Below are positions 37,162 through 47,459 of a stretch of DNA of 60,000 nt, piece by piece. Position numbers and translations under genes: made by a program. Every line of letters starts with the position of its first letter. The first letter of the stretch is position 1. The notes beneath the pieces are model-generated. The model was not told the DNA's origin, did no database searches, and worked only from the letters and a program-made list of their open reading frames with translations. The DNA lies in assembly GCA_013265495.1 (NCBI GenBank), contig MU057809.1, positions 498,001-558,000 of the forward strand. Reading direction: 5' to 3'. Origin of the DNA: Vicugna vicugna (taxonomy: Eukaryota).

Positions 37162-37708
37162 CGCCGTGAGACACGGAGTCCAGAGGTAAGGAGGTTCTAG
37201 GACTGGTTCAGTCAGTGGGCCAATGATGTCATGAAAGATCCAGGTGTCTTCAATCCTCAACATATCAGCAATATCTGCCCTCATGGTCACAAAACGGCTG
37301 CTACAGCGCCATGCATCCAGGCAGGTCTGTTATCATCCAGCAAAACAGAGGGTGTGCCCTCCCAGTGCCTCCTTTATAGAAGATGAGAATGGCCATGATT
37401 GGCTTGTGGGGGCCATCTTCCCTGAGACCACAGGAGGGCGTAGAGGGGGACATCCAAGCAAAATAGGGAAAGCCAGCAGTGCCTACCTTGAAGGCACCCA
37501 GGGCCCCGCCAGCGAGTGGCAGCAGGGATTGCAACAACCAGGCAGGAGGGGACTCTGTTGTGGAGACTGTGGGGGGGCAGAGGGTAGAAGCAGGTCCCCC
37601 GTGGGTGGCTGGGCAGCAGACCCTCAGCCCTGCACGCAGCGCCTCTTCTGAGCCGGCCTTGGGTTCTGGTCACCCTCGCCGCCTGAACGTGTGGCCTCTG
37701 GGCTCCCA

Positions 37709-37781
37709 GCGCCGTCACCCACACCTGCCCGAGGGAACCGCGCCGTCACCCACACCTGCCCGAGGGAACCGCGCCGTCACC
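37709..37781. repeat. Perfect 31-bp tandem repeat, ~2.3 copies
   Basis: gcgccgtcacccacacctgcccgagggaacc x2 plus gcgccgtcacc. Confidence 0.9.
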
Positions 37782-37884
37782 AGGGCGTCTCGGGCTCACG
37801 TCAGGACCCAGGTGGGCCCACGACCTCCTGAAGGTGCCGGAGCCGGCAGGGCGGGGCGATCTGGCCGCAAGCCTGCTGACTGCC

Positions 37885-38280
37885 CGCCGTGGGCTAAGTT
37901 GTGTCCCCCAGACAGACACCCTGAAGTCCTAACCCCAAGCCTGTGCGCGTGGACGTGCCTGGAATCAGGGACTTAGCGGGTGGGGGTGGCTGTGAGCTCG
38001 CCCCGGTGAGTGTGGGCTGCCGCCCAGCGCCCCATGCCCTTCTGAGCAGAGGGGGGCTTGGACCCAGACGCACAGGGAGGAGGCGGCCATGTGAGGACAG
38101 AGGGGCACGTGGAGCCGGGGAGGCAGGAAGGACTCCCCGCCCCGAAGCCCTTGGAGGGAGGCGGCCCTGCCGGCACCTTGACTCTGGCCTTCGGGCCCCC
38201 GGACCCAGGAGAGGAGAAAACTGTTGTTTCCTCGCCCAGTCTGGGATGCTTTGTTACGGCGGCCCCCGGACCCGCAGCGT
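37885..38280 (+). mobile_element. MaLR solo LTR (MLT1A/B-like), GC-shifted
   Basis: ttgtgtccccca...gaagtcctaacccc...ggccatgtgaggacagag...caccttgact...tttgttacggcggccc. Confidence 0.65.
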
Positions 38281-39299
38281 CCCCAATATCCGTTCCTGCA
38301 GGACCCGGGCTGCAGCGGCCTCTGCAGAGGCCCGGTGTGGACGCCTCGCCCCAGAGCCGTGGCAGCTCGGCGTGGCTGCCCCACGCGAATCTGAGTAGCG
38401 AGCAGGCCACATCGAGGGGCCCTGTGTGGGCTGGGGGTGATCAGAGCCTCCTCCACGCACGCGCTTCCCCCTCCCAGTTCACACCACGGCCAGAGCGGCC
38501 TCATCGCAGGGCTCCCCCAAGCCTCTCTCTGCTGCAGCCAGAAGCTCCCTCCAGCCCCAGGGCCTCTGCACAGCTGCTGCCCCCGCCCGCCCCGCCCACC
38601 CCGCCCCGCAGCGTCTGGCTGACCCACTCACCCTGCTGGCCCCTCCGGGCCGTCGCCTCCCACGGAGCCCCTGCCCGGGACTGCAGCTCCCAGTACTTGC
38701 CGCCCGCAGCCCCCCAGGCAGGAGCTGGGCTCTGGTTTGTGGAGGTGCCCTGACCCCTTGCTGGACGGACGGACAAGACGTAACAGGACCAACCTCACAC
38801 AGAACCTCCCCAATGAGAAGGTTCCCCCACGGAGCTGGGGGGTCCTGCAGGGTCGTGGGGAGACACCTGGGTGGGGGAGACGCCCAGGTGGCCTGGATCG
38901 GGGGCAGGGCTGCGGGATGGAGGGAAACTCAGATTCAGACACATTCTGAGAGACAGTGGACGACAGCAGTGTGGTCCCCCCAGTGGCGGTCCGGGGCAGA
39001 AGGACAGCAGAGCCGGCACAGCTGGACTCCCCAAGACTGGCAAGCAGGACGGCGATGAAGCACTTGAACGGTCAGCAGCCCCGGCTGACGGGGAGACGAC
39101 AAGTCGCAGCTGCAAGGGCTGTGTGCATGATTCTGAGCTTTCCAGCAGTCGCGCTGAGGAGAAGGGGCACCGGGGAGGGGGCCGAAGCCTGGCTGGCAGA
39201 GCGCAGGCTTAGCGCGCACGGGTCCTGGGTGCGGCCCCGGCGCGTCCTCCAAGGCAAGTGAGTAAACAAGCCTGACTGCCCCCCTCAAAGGCGCAAAAA

Positions 39300-39540
39300 C
39301 AAAAACGGTGACACCTACGCGGTTAGCTTTATTAGCATCGTACTGAGTCCAGTGCACACGCGATCTCTCCATTTCAAGGTGATCAGCACGAAATCCAGCC
39401 GCCGTTCCCTTTCCGTGGGCTCAGGTTTGGAAATCCCACATGTCTCGGTCTCTGTGGGTGCATCTTACTCGGGACTGGCCACGCCGCAGGCGGCTGAGAG
39501 CCACCTGTGTTGTGCACGCTGTCCCCCGTCCATCAGGGCA
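39300..39540. mobile_element. hAT-Charlie DNA transposon remnant (MER33-like)
   Basis: catttcaagg...tggaaatcc...gcatcttactcgggactggccac...agccacctgtg resembles MER33 as I recall it. Confidence 0.5.
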
Positions 39541-42500
39541 CCTGAACGGCCCCCTTCGGCGGACTGACAGGGAGGGGCTTGGTCGTAACTCAAAAGCTGC
39601 AGCAGAAAATGCTTTGTGCCCAGGAAGCCCAGCGGACCAGGTGTGGGTCCTCCAGGTCACACCTGCTGGATGCCCAGTGGGCCGGCCCTCTGACGGCCAG
39701 CTCCGCCTGCCTCCCTGTGCCCCGCTGGCCTTTAGGCTTGTCGATCCTGGTGCCACCAATTCCTGCATTTTCCCCTCTGCCCAAAATACAGCATTTGACA
39801 GCAAAAGCACCTCCATCCCACAAGGAGCCTCAGGTCCTGACCCCAGAGCTCCGTGCACACGGAGGGGGTGGGCCCAGCGCCGGGCACCCTGCCCCAGGGC
39901 CTGAGGCCTCTTCTCACCCATCCACTCACCTCTTTCCAGAAAGTTCTCCTCATAAATAAATGAGTCCAGATGACCCATATGGAAATACAATGATTAAGTT
40001 TTACACAACCGTGTGAGAGCCAGCGGAAAGGTTTCAGCTTTTTAATTCAAGGAAAGAGGACTATGACGTCATCTCCACTTAAGGTGAGGCGTCCTCGAGA
40101 CGGCGTTGCAGCGGGGTCACAGCCTCGCGCGCTCTGGGACGTGTCGGCGGCTGCCGGGGAAGGTGCGCGCACCGTGTTCTTTATTAACAATGTGATGGGC
40201 CGGTGCCCACGCCGTCCGTCTTCATCAGCATCTCCGGCCCACCTGGGAGACCTGCTTAGTGCAGAACCAGCCTGGGACGGCAGGGCCGGGGGGGACATCT
40301 AGGTGGCCAGCAGCCCGGCTCTCGGGACCAGACACAGCCACCTGGACACGGGCCTCTGCTGAGGGGGCGGCCCAGGGTGCGAGGGCCCCAGGAGCCAGAG
40401 CTCCAGACTCGGAGGTGCGTGGGGGCCACAGCAGCCTCGGAGGAAGGTGGGGTCTGCAGCTCACACTTGGTAGGAGTGGAGGAGGCAGGTGGGGCCTCAC
40501 CCCTGTGGCCTCACAATTATTTACAGCTGCTGGGGCCCTCACTCACACACTAATCCCCCACCCCTGCTCAGGGGCTGTCGGACAGGGGTGGCCAGAGGAG
40601 CCCACCTCTGACACTCGCAGGCCTCCCCATCCCTGGTGCACGGCCGGGACCCCGAACACCTTGCAGAGGTGCAGGCGTGAAGGCAGGTGGGAGCCGAGGC
40701 TGGGGACAGGGTCCCAGTGTCCCACAGACTTTGCTCCCTCTGGGCCTGGGAGGCAGGGCCACCAGCTCTGTGATGCACCCAAACCCCCTGAGGCCTCGAA
40801 CCCCCGGCTGCAGCCCTCCTAGTCTCTCCCCTGCTCAGCTCAGGTACCAGGCTGGTGGCAGGGGCCGTCTGTGTGGCCCCCACGGGTGCTCTGCCCGTTG
40901 GAGCTCAGGAGCTCCAGGGCCTGACCCGCTGCAGGTCAGTGCCAGCTCGGGCTCAGGTTGCTCCTTCTCCGTAGGCCGGCGGACACCAAGCAACTCGCTC
41001 TCCCACTTCCCAGACAAAAAAACTGAGGCTCTGAAAGGCCGACCAAGAGGTCCAAAGTCCCAGCTTGAGATGCTGGCTTTGATCACGCACCCAACAAACC
41101 ACGTGCTGGGTGCTGTTCTGGGTGCTGGGGACACAGTGGTGCAAGAGACAGACCAGCTCCTTGACCCAGGGACCTAGATTCCAAAGGTGACTTCCAGGTG
41201 TTGAAAATGAGCCAGGGTGACGGGCAGAGTCAGGGGTTCATGGGAGCCTCCCCAGGAGGGCTCGGTTCAGTCAGCAGAGACCTGTTGGAGGAGCCAGCCT
41301 TGTGGAGGACAGGGCTCCGTGTGAAGGGGCTGCAAGTGCAAAGGCCCTGCGGTGTGTTGGCCCAGAGGCCAGGACATGCAGCAGAGGCAGCAATGGAAGG
41401 AGGCCAGCTTCCCTGGGAGTGGAAGGGCAGACGGAAGCCCCTGCTCCCCCGGGCCCAGCCAGGTCAATCCCCCCTCCCTCCTGCTGCAGCCACACCAGCC
41501 CACTCCCCACCTTGGGTTCCCCTCAAAACTCCAGACCCTCTCTGTGGCCAGGCCTCAGTCTGAGGGCTGCTTCTGCCCTGAATGTGCTTCAGTTCAGGCT
41601 GCAGGCCCCGGACCCTCGTGGGCCAAGTGAGGGTGAGGGCGTGAGGGGTGCCATCCAGGGACTGGCCCTCCCATAATGTGTGCCCCCCACGTCCGCTGAT
41701 GGGGACACTGGTTCTTCTAGACCACATCTGGGGAAAGAAACGCCCTGACACATATCAAGCACCTCCTGTATGCACAGCCGGGATCTTGAAGCCCCGGGAG
41801 CCATCGAGCGGAGGTGGGCTGGTGTCCGGCTGGGTCTCTCCCTTAGTGCTGTGCCCAGCTCCCATCTAGGGTGTGGGCCCCCTTCAGGGCTGTTGGGGGT
41901 CCCCTGGGGTGGGTGAGAACCAGGCTGATTCTCCTCCAAGTTGGGGGGCAGCAGTGAAGCCAGGCCCCACCTGTACCAAGGGGCCACCCCGGGTTCCCAC
42001 GGCCCTCCTGCTCTGCCCGCTGGCTGAAGGGACGTTGCACCACCTGGAAGCTCCCGTGCCCCCGAGGACACCTTGCGAGTCCTGCCATGACGGGGGCGTA
42101 CAGGGCCTGCAGGCGCTGGGCCCCCGGCAGACAGCAAGGACACGCCGCCAGCGGCTCAGGGCCCAGGGGCTTGACCACTAGGTCTGTTACCCTGTGCCCC
42201 CCGGCACCCCCAGGGAGCAGCCGTGGAGGGGGCTCCCTCGCCCAGTGGGGACGCCTCTGAGGTGCGGGTCCCCAGCAGGAGCAGTCTGTTGCCCACGGCT
42301 GTAACCAGCTGGACAGTGCACCCACTCTGGAATCTTCCCTGCCGCGTCTCAAAGACCCCACATACACCCCAAACACCACGGGCTCCCAGGTCACGTGGCG
42401 GGCGCAGCCCTGGGAGTGCTGGAGGCAGGCCCCGGGGTGCAGTCTCAGGCCACATCTAACTTGCTGTGTGACTTCAGGGGATCACCTCCCCTCTCTGAGC

Positions 42501-42548
42501 CTCAGTTTTATTATCAGTACAACAGAGCTACCTCGCTGAATGGCCCTC

Positions 42549-42567
42549 CGCCGCCCCCTGGTGGTGA
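42549..42567 (-). promoter_or_regulatory. Candidate CTCF site
   Basis: Minus strand CACCACCAGGGGGCGGCG fits the CTCF core. Confidence 0.6.
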
Positions 42568-43867
42568 AGAGGCCACACTGCGGTAGGTCCCCAGCACATA
42601 AGCCTGGGAGGATGGCCTGGGTTGGGGGGTTCTCGGCCAGAGAGTCGGCAAACCAGTCCAGGCCGCCCTCCATGGCCCTCCTCCTAACACGCAGGTCCCA
42701 CCTGGGGCCTCTGCTCAGACCGCCCATGGCGCCCAGCGCCCGAAGAACTGGCCAAGCTGTTCCACCTGGCCAACGCCCTGCACAGCCAGGCCCCACTGAC
42801 AGCTCAGAGCTGCCCATCCCTCTCTGTCCGTGACCCCGCCCTCCAGCCCTGCCAGTGGGGGTCTCGCTGTGAGGGGAGGGCAAGCAGGAGGCCTCTGAGC
42901 TCCTCCACCATCGTTGCTGGGCCAGACACAACCACGTGACCCTATCGAGCCTCAAGGCAACCTGCAACCCATCAGCCACTAAAGGCTCAGAGAGGGCAGG
43001 GCCCTGGCCCAAGGCCACACAGCTGAGCAGCAGAGCCTCGACTGTGAACCCACCTCTGCACCAGGCAGCCGCCCTTTCTGTCCCAGGAATCTCCAGCTGA
43101 GACCCTCCAACACCCCGTGAAGGCAGCGGGACACAGCGAGAGCTCAACGCACTCAGCCAGGGTCTCCCGGCTCCGTCCCTAACCCAGGGGGTCTTGGCTC
43201 CCCCGGACACCAGGTGGGGGAGTGTTGGTGCTTTGCCGTCGCCAGGGGTCCCTCGGGATCAACCTGATGGGCCCCACAGTGGCTGAGACAGCACTAGGAG
43301 TTACAGCTATGGTATCCCCCTCACGCAGTGGGGCTGGGGCCCAGAGGGGAGGTGGGGCTGGGTCTCCTGGCAGCGGGGCGGGGAGCGCTGCACCAGGACT
43401 CGAGTCTGGGCTGCGAGGAGGCTCTGCTCGCCTTGGTCCTTCCCTGCACGACCGCGTCCCTCTCGTCAGAAGTTGGGAAGTGCGGCCAGCCCTGCTTCCT
43501 TGCTGGACACCAGGGGCTGAGCACATAAGGACCAAGAGCCCAGCTGGCCTCCGTCCAAGAGGTCAAGGTCACAGATCTTGACAGAGATCCCCATGTGAGG
43601 CCAACACCACGTGCAGTTTGCAAGACCCACCCCTGGCCCCTGGGTGGGTCCTGGCTCCTGTAAGGTTCACGTCCAGCCTGTCCACGCAGCCAGGCCAGGC
43701 CTAGAATGCATGTCTCAGAGGCCCTGGCCAGGCCCAGAGGGTCGGTACCAGCTCAAGGCCACAGGCACGTGCACGACGGTGCGCAAGCGAGACACGGCTG
43801 AGATGTCTAGGCTGCCCAGCGGCACGTGGGCACAGGGAGAGGGAGCCCAGGCCACGTGGTCAGTTTC

Positions 43868-43873
43868 TTTATT
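43868..43873 (-). terminator. MICALL2: MICALL2 polyadenylation signal AATAAA
   Basis: Plus-strand tttatt lies 80 nt past the stop codon. Confidence 0.8.
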
Positions 43874-43953
43874 GAGGCCACCCAGACCCACCAGAGGAGA
43901 CCCGCACTCCCACCCCCACCTGCAGGCCAGGGTCCTGCACCCCCGCCAGGCAG

Positions 43954-44048
43954 CTACTCGGGGGTCCTGCTCCTGCTCTTCGGGGACCAGATGCTGGACA
44001 AGCGGAACCTGGGCTTCTTCCTCTGGTCGCTGCCCCTCCGCTGCAGGT
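43954..44048 (-). CDS. MICALL2: MICALL2 last exon 17, coding part (DLQRRGSDQRKKPRFRLSSIWSPKSRSRTPE*)
   Basis: Acceptor ccctag|AC after a pyrimidine tract; in frame with exon 16; TAG at 43954-43956; FRLSxIWSPKS C-terminus typical of MICALL2. Confidence 0.9.
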
Positions 44049-44353
44049 CTAGGGGGACAGATGCCGAGGCCACGCTCACCCACGTCTTGGCCAGTGCCCC
44101 ACGCCCTTCCCCCAAGCCTCCGCCCTCCCAGGGGGGTCCACCATGCCTGCCTCGAGAGCATCAACCAGACTGGGTGCCCCTCCCTGACCATGTGGTCACC
44201 AGGTGCTTCTTGGATCCCCAGAGCGACAGGGAACTCAGTCCCTTACAGTGAGCCTGCCTGTCCTTGCACTGCTGCTGCCACACCGTGGGTCCCGGCACCC
44301 GCTCCCACCCCGAGCCCGCCGGCCCCGACCCCACGCCGGCACTGCCATGTTAC

Positions 44354-44400
44354 CCAGTTTCTGGATCATGTTGTGCAGCACTTCGTCCTCCTCCTGCTCC
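44354..44400 (-). CDS. MICALL2: MICALL2 exon 16 (47 bp: EQEEDEVLHNMIQKL)
   Basis: Acceptor tcccag|G, donor TGG|gtaaca. Confidence 0.94.
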
Positions 44401-45080
44401 CTGGGACAGAGCAGGGCTGTGAGGGCCGCACCCCGAGCCCAGGGCCACCTGGCACCAGAGTCACCTGCCCTCTCACCTGCCCACAAGCCACACCCTGGCA
44501 CCGCCCTCCCCCTCCCTGGGCAGGTCTCTGCCATCTCAGCAGTGACTGGGGACCAGAGGGCCTGGGAGGACCTGGGCCCAGGCCCCCTCAAGCTGATAGA
44601 GTGACATGCTTGAGTCTTGACCTGGGCCACTGACCCCGGGAGGCCTGGACAGGTCCCTCGTCTAGACACAGGGACAGGAAAGCTCTGTGGGGACAGTTGC
44701 AAAGCTGGCGGCCCAGTGCAGCACCAGGAGACACACATGCTATGTGTGTCTAAGATGAAAATAAAGGTCAAATCCTGGACCTCGGTTGCACTGGCCGTGG
44801 TGCAAGTACCTAATAGCCATGCATGACCCGTGGCTGCCGTGTGGCACCACCATCACAGGACACCTCCGTCACTGCAGAGGGCCACCAGCCCGTGCTGACC
44901 CTGAGGGTCAGGGAACGTGGTGCACAGGGGGCCTCCTTGGTGGGGGACCTGGAAGGCAGGCTGCATGGCAGGGCCCGCCCTCCACCCCGGCTCCACCCGC
45001 AAAGTACACACAGTGGGCCTTCTCCTGCAAGGGGAAGGTTCTGATCTGAGCCAACCTGGGCCCCCTGCCCTGGGCTCCAC

Positions 45081-45270
45081 CCTCACCTGGCACCCCTCAC
45101 CTGGCGTCCCTCACCTAGGCCCCTCACCTGGCGCCCCCTCACCTGGGCTCCTCACCTGGGCGTCCCTCACCTGGGCCCCTCACCTGGGCCCCTCACCTGG
45201 CACCCCCTCACCTGGCGTCCCTCACCTGGGCCCGCCACTTGGTGCCCCCTCACCTGAGCCCCTCACCTGA
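45081..45270 (-). repeat. Intronic minisatellite, 13-15 bp unit containing CAGGTGAG (13 copies including the real exon-15 donor, plus one degenerate unit)
   Basis: Counted by eye: plus-strand ctcacct at 45082, 45096, 45110, 45123, 45138, 45151, 45166, 45179, 45192, 45207, 45221, 45249 and 45262. Confidence 0.95.
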
Positions 45271-45381
45271 GCCGGTCCTCGTCCAGGAAGTCGACGATGT
45301 TGCTGCGGTCATTGACTGTGTTCACATACTGGTTCAGCAGATCCTGCTCCCGCTGCCGGTCCTGGGGGGACTTCAGACACT
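45267..45381 (-). CDS. MICALL2: MICALL2 exon 15 (115 bp: [39 protein letters not shown])
   Basis: Acceptor ctgcag|AG, donor CAG|gtgagg. Confidence 0.96.
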
Positions 45382-45764
45382 CTGCAGGGACAGCTGCCAT
45401 CAGCTGGGGCTCCGCTGTCCCCACCCTCCTCAGGACACGGTGTCCCCACCCCTCAAGGGTCAGGCTCCTTCACTGAAGGAGAAGGGTAGTGCCTTGGGCA
45501 TCTGGGGCCTCTGGGCACCACTGGCTGAATGAATGAATAAGTGAGTGAATGAACAACGTATCAGAGACTGGGTGTGGCCAGCCCTTCCCCGGGTCATCTC
45601 AGCCACCCTCACAAAACCTGCCCAACGTGGAGATGTGGAAACAGGCTCAGGGCACGGCTGCCCGACTCCCACAGCAGGAGAGGGCGGGGGGGGCTGCCAG
45701 GGCACTCGACCATGGGAACCCACAGCCCCAACAGTCACACCCACACCTCTACCCTGCATACATT

Positions 45765-45900
45765 AACTCACTTAATCCTCACAACAATGGAAGGAGGTGG
45801 GTGCTAGAATTGTCCCCACTTTGCAAGGATGAAACCCGGGCACGGAGAGGTTGAGTGACGTGGCCAAGGACACACAGCCAAGAAACGGAGGAGCTGAGAT
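45765..45900. mobile_element. MIR in MICALL2 intron 14
   Basis: actcacttaatcctcacaacaa...ccccactttgcaaggatgaaacc...gaggttgagtgac.tggccaagg; other MIR cores at ~60, 790, 2190, 30060, 30330, 31255, 42470, 58560 and 59235. Confidence 0.65.
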
Positions 45901-45986
45901 GCCACCCCAGCTCCAGAAAGGGAGAGCCATGACCACCCACCCCAGGCAGGCAGCCTTGAGAGGCCTTGGAAAGCAGGCACCCATGC

Positions 45987-46066
45987 CCACCCCCGGGGCT
46001 GAGCCCCGCCCCCACAGCCTCCACCCCCTGGGGCTGAGCCCCGCCCCCACAGCCTCTACCCCCTGG
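45987..46066. repeat. 34/35-bp tandem duplication in MICALL2 intron 14
   Basis: ccaccccc(t)ggggctgagccccgcccccacagcct x2 plus a partial third copy. Confidence 0.88.
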
Positions 46067-46102
46067 CCAGCCTGGGATCCATGGTGGGCGGGTCGGACCA
46101 AC

Positions 46103-46176
46103 CGGGCTTGGCCATCAGCTGGCGGAGCTCCCCCTCGATGTCCAGCTGCTGCTCCTCCAGGCGCTGGTCCCTGGCC
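46103..46176 (-). CDS. MICALL2: MICALL2 exon 14 (74 bp: ARDQRLEEQQLDIEGELRQLMAKP)
   Basis: Acceptor cggcag|G, weak donor CCG|gttggt; phase 1 exit fits exon 15. Confidence 0.94.
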
Positions 46177-46285
46177 CTGCCGGGGTGACACGGGCGTGAG
46201 GTCCGGCCCATGCACTGGACTCCCCAGCCCCAGCCCAGCGTGCAGGGAAGAGGGGCTCCTGGGGGCCCGCAGGCTGGACCTCTCA

Positions 46286-46393
<108 letters not shown>

Positions 46394-46486
46394 TCAGGGC
46401 ACTGAGCGTGGCGAGGGCCCAACCCAGGGGTGGCCTGCGGTCGGGTGGGCAGGTGGTGTGGGGGAGCCGGTGGTTGGGGGGCAGCC

Positions 46487-46518
46487 NNNNNNNNNNNNNN
46501 NNNNNNNNNNNNNNNNNN
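46487..46518. other. Assembly gap (32 N) in MICALL2 intron 12
   Basis: Run of N within G-rich intronic sequence; does not touch exons. Confidence 1.
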
Positions 46519-46605
46519 TGGTGTGGGCGGGGGAGCCATGGGTGGGGGACATGGGGCGGGGGGTGGCCCGTTGGGAGCAGCCCGTGGGCGGGGGGCACGG
46601 CTCAC

Positions 46606-46729
46606 CCCCCTCGGCCGCTCGCAGGCGCTTCTCCAGCTCCACGCCCCTGAGCTCCAGGGCGTCCAGCTGCCTCTCGATGTCCTGCACCTGCCTCTGGATC
46701 TCCTCCTGGGGCATGTAGTCGGGGTGCAG
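46606..46729 (-). CDS. MICALL2: MICALL2 exon 12 (124 bp, start of b[45 protein letters not shown])
   Basis: Acceptor ccccag|CTG, donor G|gtgagc. Confidence 0.97.
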
Positions 46730-46817
46730 CTGGGGAGGAAGGAGTGGTGAGGGTTGACGGGAGGCACTGGCCCCAGGGGTCTGAGCCCCTCATCCACCTG
46801 TACCCCGGCCTACTCAC

Positions 46818-46882
46818 CCTGACGGGGGAGGTTACTGACGTTCCAGGTGAAGTGGGGGCACCAGCCGGGCCCAAGGGCCTCC
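46818..46882 (-). CDS. MICALL2: MICALL2 exon 11 (65 bp: GRPLGPAGAPTSPGTSVTSPVR)
   Basis: Acceptor ctccag|GG, donor AGG|gtgagt. Confidence 0.93.
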
Positions 46883-47459
46883 CTGGAGAAGGGGCAGGAC
46901 ATGTCTCTTCAGGTACCAGGCCCACCGTGACCCAGACGTGGTCACACGCACAGCTGGGCCCACCCAGCCCTGCCTCCCCAGCATGCCCCCTGCACCCCCG
47001 GCTCCCCTGCCCCGCCCAGCAGACAGATCCAGGCCGCACCCCCACGGGGTCCCCACATCCACGCTGGCCCCTGCCCTCCTCCAGGTCGGCAGCACTGCAC
47101 ACCCCGCCAGCACCCTGGCCCCCATCCCACGAGCTGCCAGGAGCAAACGCTTATCATCGCCAGGTGTGTGACTCAGGCACTGGGAGGCAGGTAGGGCCCT
47201 CTGTCCAGCTCTCCATCCCTACACATTGGAAAGGCCGGGCGCGGACCCAGATCCTCCAGGCCTCCCGTCCCTCCTCAGACACGGGGAGCTGGGTCACCTC
47301 CAGGTGTGCGAGAAACTGTCCACTCACCGCATCCTGCCTTCCCTCCAGTCTAGGCTCCATGAGCTCCTATTCACCCTCCAAACCCCACCTGGGCATGCCC
47401 TCCTCGAGGAGCCCCTTCACCTGCACCCAAGCAGAAGTGCAGCAGCATCCCGGGCTGAC

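Noticed and set aside
1..43800. Hundreds of 60-285 aa ORFs in the left 43 kb
   Set aside because: Pro/Gly/Arg/Ala-rich low-complexity translations expected from GC-rich DNA; many start at non-ATG codons, overlap on both strands or lie in repeats; no recognisable domain or coherent exon chain.
43611..44633. 340-aa plus-strand ORF
   Set aside because: Antisense to MICALL2 exons 16-17; no recognisable protein features.
45081..45270. Repeat array as CRISPR-like
   Set aside because: Units are 13-15 bp head to tail with no unique spacers, inside a mammalian intron with no cas genes.
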